A DNA stretch of 24,000 nucleotides from Kitasatospora sp. A2-31 (GCF_022288725.1 NZ_JAKNTA010000013.1:6580-30579); one strand, 5' to 3'. Positions 6,309-13,592 are shown, numbered from the stretch's first letter. Notes: generated from the letters alone by a model not told the origin. Made by a program: numbers and translations.

Positions 6309-8810
6309 ATGGCACGGAGCAGACTCAAGGCGAGGCTGCCGATCGCGGTCATGGCCGCGACGGCACTGATGGGCACGGTGGCGGCAGCCGGGACACCGGG
6401 CACCGGGACCCCGGACGACAGGCGCCCGGCCGCCGTACGGGTGCCGGCGCCGGACCGACCGACGATCCGGTACACCGAGTACGGGATCCCGCACATCATC
6501 GCCTCGACCATGGAGGGACTGGGCGAGGGGTACGGCTACGCGGCGGCCAAGGACAACATCTGCACCCTGGCCGACACCTACCTGATGGTCAACGCCCAGC
6601 GGTCCCGCTACCTGGGGCCCGACGGCAGGGCGAGCCCCGGCCAGAACCAGAACAGCACCAGCAATCTCAACAGCGACCTCTACTTCCAGCGGATGAACGA
6701 CAACCGGGTGGTGGAGCGGCTGCTCGACCAGCCCGCCCCCAACGGGCCGGAGCCGGAGGTCAAGGAGGGCATCCGCGGCTACGTCCGGGGGTACAACCGC
6801 TACCTGGCCGAGACCGGCGTGAACAACCTCTCCGACCCGGCCTGCCGGGGCGCGGCCTGGGTGCGGCCGATCACCGAGCTGGACGTCTACCGGCACGCGC
6901 ACGCCGAGATCGTCATGGGCAGCGCCGATCCGCTGCTGGACGGCGAGGTGACCGCCGCACCCCCGGGGGCGCCGGGCGCCGCGCCGTCCCCCGCCGCGGC
7001 GCCGGCGGTCTCCCCCGAGGAGACCGCGGCGAAGATCCGCGAGGCGATGGCCGCGAGCCGGCAGCAGGGCAGCATGGGCAGCAACGCCCTGGCGGTCGGG
7101 TCGCAGGGGGTGGCCCCGGGCACCGGCACCAGCATGCTGCTGGCCAACCCGCACTTCCCGTGGCAGGGCAAGAACCGGATGTGGCAGAGCCAGCTGACGA
7201 TCCCGGGGAGGATCAACGTCTCCGGGGCCAGCCTGCTCGGACTCCCGGCGGTGAACATCGGGCACACCGACGACGTCGCCTGGAGCCACACCGTCGCCAC
7301 GGTGGCCCCGTTCGGGCTGTTCGACGTGCAGGTGGACCCGCTGCACCCGACCAGCTACCTGGTGGACGGCGGCTGGCAGCAGATGACCTCGCAGCAGGTC
7401 GGTGTCGACGTGCTGCAGCCGGACGGCTCCGTCGGCAGGGTCACCAGGACGCTGTGGTCCACCCGCTACGGCCCGATCACCACCTCGGTGCTCGGCGTCG
7501 CCCTGCCCTGGGTGGTGAGCGCCCACGCGGTGCGCGACGCGAACATGGACAACCTGCGGGCGTTGAACACCTGGTTCCACCTCGACCAGGCCAAGGACGT
7601 CGGCGACGTGGTGAGCACCCTGGAGACCACGCAGGGCGTGCCGTTCTTCAACACGGTCGCCTCCGACCGCAAGGGCAACGCGCTGTACGCGGACATCCAG
7701 GCCGCCCCGAACATCACCGATGCGCACGCGCAGTCCTGCCTGACCCTGACCGGCCAGGTGCTGTTCAACCAGCAGCTGCGGCTGCCCAACGTGCCGCCGG
7801 TCTCCGTCTTCGACGGCAAGCGCAGCGAGTGCGACTGGCCAAACGACCCGAACGCCGTCGCGCCGGGACTGCTGGACCCGCACAAGCAGCCGCGCCTGAT
7901 CCGGTCCGACTTCGTGGGCAACGCCAACGACAGCCCCTGGCTGGCCAACCCCGAGCAGCCGCTGTCCTTCCCCCGGGTGATGGGCGACAGTGCGGCGCCC
8001 CGCTCGCTGCGCACCCAGGAGCTGGTCCTGACCGCGCAGAACCGGATCAGCGGCAGTGACGGTCTGCCGGGCCGCGGCTTCACCCCGGAGACCATGCGGC
8101 AGTTGCTGTTCGCCGACGGCAGCAGGGCGGCCGACCTGGCCCTCGACGCCACCGTGACCACGTGCCGCAGCCAGCCCTTCGGGCTCGTCCTGGTGGACGG
8201 CAACCTGGTCGACGTGAGCGAGGCCTGCCCGGTCCTGGCCGCCTGGAACCACAAGTACACCGCGGACAGCCGGGGGTCCTGGCTGTTCGAGAACCTCTGG
8301 TACCTCCTGACCAACGGCCAGGCGATCGAGAAGCTGCCGTGGCGGGTGCCCTTCGATCCCAAGGACCCGGTGCACACGCCCAACTCGCTGGACCCCGGGA
8401 GCTCCGCCGTCCGTGACGCGCTCGGCCGGGCCGTCCTCGCGCTGCGCAAGGCGGGCGTTCCGCTGAACGCGCCGCTGTCGGACGTCCAGAGGATCACCCG
8501 CAACGCCGAACGGATCCCGATCCACGGCGCGATCCACGAACTGGGCGTGCTGAACGTGGTCACCCCCGGAACGGTCGACGGAAAGCTGGACATCACCTTC
8601 GGCTCCAGCTTCGTCCAGGAGACGCGGTTCACCGCCGACGGCCCGCCGCAGGCCGCCTCGCTGCTGGCCTACTCCCAGTCGGCGAACCCGAACTCGCCCC
8701 ACTACTCGGACCAGACCAGGCTGTTCTCGGCCGGTCAGTGGGTGACCGAACGCTACACCGAGGAGCAGATCGCGGCCTCACCGGCGCTGGAGATCAAGGT
8801 CCTGGACTGA
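6309..8810 (+). CDS. secreted Ntn-hydrolase of the penicillin amidase (S45) family: AHL acylase / aculeacin-A (lipopeptide) acylase-like
   Basis: ATG 6309 follows GGGGGAAGGA. Signal peptide 'MARSRLKARLPIAVMAATALMGTVAAAG'. Alpha-subunit start 'IRYTEYGIPHIIAS...GYGYAAAKDNICTLAD'. An Ala/Pro-rich spacer leads to 'QQGSMG|SNALAVGS' (beta-subunit N-terminal Ser nucleophile, codon at 7080-7082), then 'LLANPHFPW'. Confidence 0.85.
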   Translation: MARSRLKARLPIAVMAATALMGTVAAAGTPGTGTPDDRRPAAVRVPAPDRPTIRYTEYGIPHIIASTMEGLGEGYGYAAAKDNICTLADTYLMVNAQRSRYLGPDGRASPGQNQNSTSNLNSDLYFQRMNDNRVVERLLDQPAPNGPEPEVKEGIRGYVRGYNRYLAETGVNNLSDPACRGAAWVRPITELDVYRHAHAEIVMGSADPLLDGEVTAAPPGAPGAAPSPAAAPAVSPEETAAKIREAMAASRQQGSMGSNALAVGSQGVAPGTGTSMLLANPHFPWQGKNRMWQSQLTIPGRINVSGASLLGLPAVNIGHTDDVAWSHTVATVAPFGLFDVQVDPLHPTSYLVDGGWQQMTSQQVGVDVLQPDGSVGRVTRTLWSTRYGPITTSVLGVALPWVVSAHAVRDANMDNLRALNTWFHLDQAKDVGDVVSTLETTQGVPFFNTVASDRKGNALYADIQAAPNITDAHAQSCLTLTGQVLFNQQLRLPNVPPVSVFDGKRSECDWPNDPNAVAPGLLDPHKQPRLIRSDFVGNANDSPWLANPEQPLSFPRVMGDSAAPRSLRTQELVLTAQNRISGSDGLPGRGFTPETMRQLLFADGSRAADLALDATVTTCRSQPFGLVLVDGNLVDVSEACPVLAAWNHKYTADSRGSWLFENLWYLLTNGQAIEKLPWRVPFDPKDPVHTPNSLDPGSSAVRDALGRAVLALRKAGVPLNAPLSDVQRITRNAERIPIHGAIHELGVLNVVTPGTVDGKLDITFGSSFVQETRFTADGPPQAASLLAYSQSANPNSPHYSDQTRLFSAGQWVTERYTEEQIAASPALEIKVLD

Positions 8811-8854
8811 TGCTCCCGTTCCGCACGACGACGACACCGACGAGGGGAAACACC

Positions 8855-9937
8855 GTGACGAGGACATCGAGCCGGTGGCGCAGGGTGGTGGCCCTGGTGG
8901 CCGCCGTCCTGGCGACGGCCACCACGGCGGGTGCCGCACGTGCCGCCGCCGGCACGGGGGCGCCGCCGCCGATGGCGAACGGGTTCGGCCTGACCCAGGT
9001 CGAACCCGCCGTGGGCGGTCCGACCGACTTCTACCTGACCGTGACCACTCCCGAGGTCACCGGCCGGCACCACATCAAGATCATCCTGCCGAGCGGGTAC
9101 TACGACGACCCGACCAGGCGCTACCCCGTGCTGTACTTCCTGCACGGCTCACCCGACGACCCCGTCCAGCAGAACTATCCGGCGCTGACCATGTCCCACT
9201 CGATGATCACCGTCATCCCGGACGGCGGCGCCCGGGGCTGGTACGCCAACTGGCTCGACCAGAACACCCGGCTGGGAGCCCAGAACTGGGAGAACTTCCA
9301 CCTCCAGCAGGTGATCCCGTTCATCGACGCCAACCTGCGGACCGTCGCCGCCAAGAAGGCCAGGGCCGTCGCGGGCGTCTCCATGGGCGGCTTCGGCGCC
9401 CTCCACTACGCCCAGGACCACCCGGAACTGTTCGGCCAGACCGCGTCCCTGTCGGGCGACATCGATCTGTCGGCCGACTCCATGGACCTGAGGCTGGCCG
9501 TCGTCGCCTCCCTCATCGACGCCCAGGGCGCGCTCTGCGGCTCGTCCTCCGGATTCTGCGGCGACCCCGCGAACGACCCGTACAAGCCCGGCGTGGACAG
9601 CGACGCCCTGTTCGGCTCGCCCTACCCGGTGTTCAACGTGGACTGGCGTTGGAACGCGGCCGACCCGTCCCAGCACATGGACAGGCTCGCCGGGGTCGGG
9701 GTCTCCATCTACGTGGGCAACGGACGCGGCGTGCCCACCGACCTGGAGTTCTGGCTCGAAGGCGCGTCCAAGCACGTCAAGGACCGCATGGACGCCCTGG
9801 GCATGTCCTACCACTACGTCGACTACGGCGACGGCTCCGGCTGGGGCACCCAGTGCAACGGCGGCCACAACGCCGGCTGCTGGGAACAGGACCTCCGGGA
9901 CCTGATCCCCCGGCTCGAACGGGCCTTCGCCTCCTGA
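8855..9937 (+). CDS. secreted esterase (esterase D / antigen-85 mycolyltransferase-like alpha/beta hydrolase)
   Basis: GTG 8855 follows GAGGGGA. An alternative ATG at 8810 overlaps the acylase stop (TGATG). Signal peptide 'RWRRVVALVAAVLATATTAGAARAAAG'. Motifs: 'YPVLYFLHGS', 'VIPDGGARGWYANW', and 'AVAGVSMGGFGALHYA' (GxSxG). Probably co-transcribed with the acylase. Confidence 0.8.
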   Translation: MTRTSSRWRRVVALVAAVLATATTAGAARAAAGTGAPPPMANGFGLTQVEPAVGGPTDFYLTVTTPEVTGRHHIKIILPSGYYDDPTRRYPVLYFLHGSPDDPVQQNYPALTMSHSMITVIPDGGARGWYANWLDQNTRLGAQNWENFHLQQVIPFIDANLRTVAAKKARAVAGVSMGGFGALHYAQDHPELFGQTASLSGDIDLSADSMDLRLAVVASLIDAQGALCGSSSGFCGDPANDPYKPGVDSDALFGSPYPVFNVDWRWNAADPSQHMDRLAGVGVSIYVGNGRGVPTDLEFWLEGASKHVKDRMDALGMSYHYVDYGDGSGWGTQCNGGHNAGCWEQDLRDLIPRLERAFAS

Positions 9938-9960
9938 GCGTGACCCGGGGCCGTCCCGTG

Positions 9961-10008
9961 GGTCGGCCCAGGCCTCACCGCGCGGCCGCGGTGAGGCCGG
10001 GGCCGACC
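9961..10008. terminator. bidirectional hairpin between the convergent esterase (+) and LuxR-SARP (-) genes
   Basis: ggcctcaccgcg (9971-9982) pairs with cgcggtgaggcc (9987-9998) around a 4-nt loop. The stem is extended by ggtcggccc (9961-9969) pairing with gggccgacc (10000-10008). This gives about 21 bp with one mismatch and overlaps the last codons of the minus-strand gene. Confidence 0.55.
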
Positions 10009-11048
10009 TCGTCCCCGCTCAGGATCAGCCGGTGCGTCTGCCGCAGCAGCCGGCTCGGCGCAACCCCCAGGTCGTCGGCCAGCCGGCGGCGGGTGCGGTC
10101 GAACACGGCCAGGGCGTCGGCCTGTCGGCCGCTGCGGTACAGCGCGCGCATCAGCATCGCGGCCACCGGCTCGTTGAGGGGGTGCTCCGCGGCCAGGGCG
10201 AACAGCTCGGCCGCCGCCTCGCAGCACTGGCCCAGACCCAGCTGCCACTCCAACTTCCGCTGGGCGACGGCGATCCTGCGCTCGGCGAGCCGCAGCCGCT
10301 CCAACTCTGCCAGCGGGCCGGGCAGTCCGGCCAGGAGCTCGCCGCGGAACAGGTCCAGCGCCCGCGTGCAGAGGCGGACCGCCTCGGTCGGGTCGCCCGC
10401 CCGGTGGGCCGCCCCGGCGTCGGTGACCAGGCGCTCCATGCGCGCCAGGTCCACCTCGACCGCACCGGGCACCAGCCGGTATCCGCACCGGTCGTGCTCG
10501 ATCACCGAGTCCGGGCCGTCCCCGATGCGCAGGGTCTTGCGGAGGCGGTAGATGTGGACCGGTACCACGTTCGTGACCGGCTGATCCGAGCCCCAGACGC
10601 CGTCCAGCAGTTCCTGCTGGCTGACGGTCCGCCCCGCGTGCAGCGCCAGTGCCGCCAGCACGGCTTGCTGGCGCAGGTGTCCCAGCTCCAGGGACCGCCC
10701 GCCCCATCGGGCCCGCAGCGGGCCGAGTACGGAGATCTGCACCTTCGGTCCTGCCGTCGGGCGGACGGCGCTGCAAGGAAGCGACCCCGCTGCCGCCCGC
10801 GTGCGGGGGCCGCGGCCCGGGGCGACCACTCCGCAGTCGAAGGCGTGGACGATGGCGGCGGCCCGGTCGCGCAGCCCGAGCTTCCCGAGGATCCGCGCGA
10901 CGTGCCCGGCCACGGCCTCCTCGGAGATGGCGAGGACGGCGGCGATCTCGTCGTCCCGCAGGCCGCAGCCGACCGCGTGGAGCACGTCGCGCTCCCGGGG
11001 CCCGAGCACGACGGCGCTCGGCCGGCTGGTGGTGGCGTTCGTCGGCAT
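9975..11048 (-). CDS. hybrid transcriptional regulator: N-terminal LuxR/GerE-type HTH + SARP (OmpR-type winged helix + BTAD)
   Basis: ATG 11048 is preceded by AGGGAG. Residues ~15-75, 'LGPRERDVLHAVGCGLRDDEIAAVLAISEEAVAGHVARILGKLGLRDRAAAIVHAFDCGVV', form a GerE HTH. 'VQISVLGPLRARWGGRSLELGHLRQQAVLAALALHAGRTVSQQELLDGVWG...IYRLRKTL...GYRL' is the SARP wHTH. 'VDLARMERL...ALDLFRGELLAGLP...LMRALYRSGRQADALAVFDRTRRRLADDLGVAPS' is the BTAD. Confidence 0.8.
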   Translation of the reverse strand: MPTNATTSRPSAVVLGPRERDVLHAVGCGLRDDEIAAVLAISEEAVAGHVARILGKLGLRDRAAAIVHAFDCGVVAPGRGPRTRAAAGSLPCSAVRPTAGPKVQISVLGPLRARWGGRSLELGHLRQQAVLAALALHAGRTVSQQELLDGVWGSDQPVTNVVPVHIYRLRKTLRIGDGPDSVIEHDRCGYRLVPGAVEVDLARMERLVTDAGAAHRAGDPTEAVRLCTRALDLFRGELLAGLPGPLAELERLRLAERRIAVAQRKLEWQLGLGQCCEAAAELFALAAEHPLNEPVAAMLMRALYRSGRQADALAVFDRTRRRLADDLGVAPSRLLRQTHRLILSGDEVGPGLTAAAR

Positions 11049-11116
11049 CGCTGCTCCCTGGACTCCGGGCCGGCCGGTCCGGCGGACGCCGTCGACGGTA
11101 GTGACGGGGCCCCGGG

Positions 11117-11139
11117 CCCGGAATCCGGAACGATCCGGA
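11117..11139 (-). promoter_or_regulatory. clustered TCCGGA palindromes (minus strand: TCCGGAT-cgt-TCCGGAT-TCCGGG) upstream of the LuxR-SARP gene
   Basis: atccgga occurs at 11123-11129 and 11133-11139 (10-bp period), with a third tccggg-type copy adjacent. The cluster lies 70-90 nt upstream of the ATG at 11048. Function is unknown. Confidence 0.2.
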
Positions 11140-11172
11140 GGAGCACGCGCGGCCGGCCCTGCGTGCACCCGA

Positions 11173-11254
11173 TCAGGAGCAGCGGCAGACCCCTGCGGCC
11201 ACCCGGTGAGGACCGCCGGCAGACCCCTGCGGCCACCCGGTCAGGAGCAGCGGC
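11173..11254. repeat. about 2.4 copies of a 34-bp tandem repeat spanning the kinase stop codon and the kinase/SARP intergenic region
   Basis: Unit 1, 11173-11206: tcaggagcagcggcagacccctgcggccacccgg. Unit 2, 11207-11240: tgaggaccgccggcagacccctgcggccacccgg. Partial unit 3, 11241-11254: tcaggagcagcggc, which is the stop plus last codons (..GRCS*) of the kinase. Confidence 0.9.
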
Positions 11255-12602
11255 CCAGGGTGGGGTGGTCCTTGGTGCGGACGGCGGGGAGCCAGGCGGT
11301 GGTGGGGCCGGGGAGGTGGACGCGGTACCAGAGGGTGGAGGTGCGGTCCTCCTCGTCGATGACGGGGAGGCCGGTGGGGAGCTGGCAGTCGGCGTCGAGG
11401 AGGTCGCCGTGCCAGACACGGGTGGGAACGACGTTCCCGGCGGTGTAGGCGCGCAGGGGATCGACGGCGAGGCCGAGGCTGCACCGGGGGTCGCGGTCGG
11501 TGCGGTCCTGACAGCTGCGTTCGGCGTTGAAGACCCGGATGCGGGTGGGGTGTTCCGCCGGACCGGAGTGCGGCCAGAGCACGGTGGCGGCGACCGCGGC
11601 CGTGGCACAGGCGGCGAGGGCGAGCAGGGCGGTGCGCGGTCGTGGGCGACCACGACGGCGGCCGGACCGGTGCGCGCGGATCCGGGTGAGCAGGCTCTCG
11701 GCGGTGTGCGGGGCCCGCGCGGCGTGGGTGGGGGCGAGGCAGTCGGCGGCGAGGGCGCGCCAGAACGGTGGGACTTCGGGGGCCAGGCGCAGGGCGGCGC
11801 GGCCCTGGGCGTACTGCTGGGCGGCGGCGCTGCGGGCGGTGGGGGTGGCGCCGGGGAAGGGCGGGACACCGGCGGCGAACACCTCGTGGATCACGATGCC
11901 GAGCGCCCAGATGTCGGCGGTGGGGCGGATCTTGACGCCGTGTTCGCCGAGCGGCTCCCCCCAGCGCTCCGGCGGGAGGTAGTCGGGGGTGCCCATGGGG
12001 GCGGCGTGGCCGTGGGTGCCGGTGAGTTCGATGGCGAGGCCGAAGTCGGAGAGGCGGACCTCGCCGTCCTCGCCGATGAGGACGTTCTCGGGCTTGAGGT
12101 CGGTGTGGACCCAGCCGGAGCGGTGCAGGTGGGCCAGGCCCTCGCAGATGCCGGCGACGATCCGGCCGCCCCGGGCCTCGTCGACGCCGGTGGCGAGCAG
12201 GTCGCGCAGGGTGCCCCGGGCCCGTTCCATCACCAGCACGATCGCGCCGTCGAGCGCGGGGTGGTCGGGACAGTCCAGGACGAGGGTGTCGAGCAGGCGG
12301 ACCAGCCGGGGGTGCGGGGCGGTGCGGCCCAACTCGGCTTCGCGGCGAGCGGCTTCGGCGACCTGGCGGGCCTGGCGAGGGGCGAGTCCGGCGATCGGCA
12401 GCACCTTGAGCGCCACCGTGCCGTCCACGCCGGCCGTGCTGTCCGAGCCGTCGCAACGAGTGGGGTCGTCCGCCCGGCGGGCGGCGTAGACGGTGGCCCA
12501 TCCGCCCTCGCCGATGGGCTCGGTGACGATCCAGTCGCCGATCCGGTGACCGGCGGGCAGCAGTTCCTGGCCGGACCCGCGGAAGGCCGGGGCGTGCACC
12601 AT
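11241..12602 (-). CDS. single-pass transmembrane Hanks-type Ser/Thr protein kinase (non-RD: HTD catalytic loop) with Cys4 extracellular domain
   Basis: Kinase motifs: 'IGEGGWATVY' (G-loop), 'VALKVL' (beta3 Lys), 'HTDLKPENVL', 'LSDFGLA', 'GTPDYLPPE'. An Arg-rich stop-transfer segment 'RSGRRRGRPRPR' is followed by the TM helix 'TALLALAACATAAVAATVLW'. The C-terminal domain is about 110 aa and has 4 Cys. Confidence 0.85.
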   Translation of the reverse strand: MVHAPAFRGSGQELLPAGHRIGDWIVTEPIGEGGWATVYAARRADDPTRCDGSDSTAGVDGTVALKVLPIAGLAPRQARQVAEAARREAELGRTAPHPRLVRLLDTLVLDCPDHPALDGAIVLVMERARGTLRDLLATGVDEARGGRIVAGICEGLAHLHRSGWVHTDLKPENVLIGEDGEVRLSDFGLAIELTGTHGHAAPMGTPDYLPPERWGEPLGEHGVKIRPTADIWALGIVIHEVFAAGVPPFPGATPTARSAAAQQYAQGRAALRLAPEVPPFWRALAADCLAPTHAARAPHTAESLLTRIRAHRSGRRRGRPRPRTALLALAACATAAVAATVLWPHSGPAEHPTRIRVFNAERSCQDRTDRDPRCSLGLAVDPLRAYTAGNVVPTRVWHGDLLDADCQLPTGLPVIDEEDRTSTLWYRVHLPGPTTAWLPAVRTKDHPTLGRCS

Positions 12603-12608
12603 CGGGCC

Positions 12609-13376
12609 CTACCTTCGGGGCTCGGCGGCTTCGGGGCGCGGCAGGAGCGCCAGGTGCTCCTCACGAACGATGCCGAACTTCAGGGCGAGGCCCACGACGG
12701 CCTCGCGCTTCCCGCTGCGGCGGTCCGCGCGGCCCGCGTCGTCGGGCAGGTCGATGCGGAGCTTCTCGTCGGCGAGGTAGTCGAGGTGCGAGCTGACCGC
12801 GCGGGCGGTGAGCCGGGCGCAGGCGGGGTGGTCGCGCAGCCGCGCGACCACCTGGAGAGTGGTGGGTACGGCGGCGGGGGAGCGGTCACGCAGCCACGGC
12901 TCGCAGAGCGCGACCAGGACCAGGAAGTAGGTGGCGGTCTCGTCCAGCGAGTACGCCGTCATGGTACGACTCTCCCAGGAGCCGCCACCGCGGGCGTCCG
13001 GATCCAGGTAGACGTGGTCGGGCGCGAACACCTGGAAGGACAAAGGCGTTTCACGTCGTGAGGGCAGCACCACCCGGGAGAACTCGAACGGGATCGGCGC
13101 GCCGATGCGCCGCGGCGGCACCCGCAGGTACTCGCCGGCGCCCTCCGGGTTCTCCACCAGATAGGCGTGGGTGCTGCTGAGGTTGCTCAACTGCCAGTGG
13201 TCGTCGGTCGCGTGGATCTCGCCGGCGAGGCGGGACACCGTCTCGTCGCCGAGTCGGAGCTCCACCGGCGTGCCGGCGGAGCCGCGGCCGAAGCGCGCCC
13301 GCTCACCCGGACCGAGCCGCAAGGTCACCGCGTCCTGGCCGTTCCCCTCCGGCAGGTGGACGAGAATCCCGCTCAC
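12609..13376 (-). CDS. FHA-like domain protein (partly degenerate pThr-binding motif) with uncharacterised C-terminal helical domain
   Basis: GTG 13376 follows GGAGGA. 'RFGRGSAGTPVELRLGDETVSRLAGEIHATDDHWQLSNLSSTHAYLVEN' follows the FHA pattern GR...SR.H...S.NG..vN, with His->Ala and Asn->His substitutions. The stop is 6 nt before the kinase ATG, so the two form an operon. Confidence 0.55.
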   Translation of the reverse strand: MSGILVHLPEGNGQDAVTLRLGPGERARFGRGSAGTPVELRLGDETVSRLAGEIHATDDHWQLSNLSSTHAYLVENPEGAGEYLRVPPRRIGAPIPFEFSRVVLPSRRETPLSFQVFAPDHVYLDPDARGGGSWESRTMTAYSLDETATYFLVLVALCEPWLRDRSPAAVPTTLQVVARLRDHPACARLTARAVSSHLDYLADEKLRIDLPDDAGRADRRSGKREAVVGLALKFGIVREEHLALLPRPEAAEPRR

Positions 13377-13434
13377 CGCTCCTCCGTCCCGCGCACCGCT
13401 TACCCCGTTTCGCCTGCCGATCGTTGTCGGACGG

Positions 13435-13463
13435 ACGGAACGTTACCTCCTTGAGCATGACAA
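13435..13463 (-). promoter_or_regulatory. candidate promoter of the FHA-kinase operon (TTGTCA-N17-TTCCGT) in the only AT-rich patch of the region
   Basis: The minus strand reads GGTTTATTGTCATGCTCAAGGAGGTAACGTTCCGT. The -35-like TTGTCA is at 13463-13458. The -10 candidate is weak. Confidence 0.25.
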
Positions 13464-13592
13464 TAAACCGCACGGTGGCGCAGGCCACGTGACGGGGGAG
13501 CGGAGGAGCGCGGGAGCGCGGGAAGGGGCGTGCGGGAGGTCAGGGCATCGGCGCCGCCGGGTGCGGCCGCCGCCCGTGGCGGTACGGCCCGC

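Noticed and set aside
6270-8702. 810-aa minus-strand ORF (and the 606-aa +2-frame ORF 6239..8059) over the acylase gene
   Set aside because: The plus-strand frame starting at 6309 encodes an unmistakable S45 Ntn hydrolase. The alternative frames give Arg/Gly/Pro-rich sequence without motifs.
6309-11048. AHL-acylase-like gene plus a 'LuxR' regulator as a classical LuxR/AHL quorum-sensing pair
   Set aside because: The regulator has only the GerE-type HTH and no autoinducer-binding domain, and no LuxI-type synthase is present. The LuxR label refers to the DNA-binding fold only.
11173-11254. Tandem repeats as a possible CRISPR array
   Set aside because: There are only about 2.4 directly abutting copies with no unique spacers, no cas genes are present, and one copy is part of a coding sequence.
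10032-13061. 1009-aa plus-strand ORF spanning the regulator, kinase and FHA loci
   Set aside because: It is antisense to three genes with clear family motifs. The translation is low-complexity (Gly/Ala/Arg/Pro/Val) with no recognisable domain. Long antisense ORFs are expected in high-GC DNA because stop codons are rare.
13446-13452. Strong SD-like AAGGAGG on the minus strand upstream of the FHA-like gene
   Set aside because: No ATG, GTG or TTG lies within 4-12 nt downstream. The 61-aa ORF 13303..13488 starts upstream of it and overlaps the FHA gene out of frame. It is more likely part of the AT-rich promoter patch.
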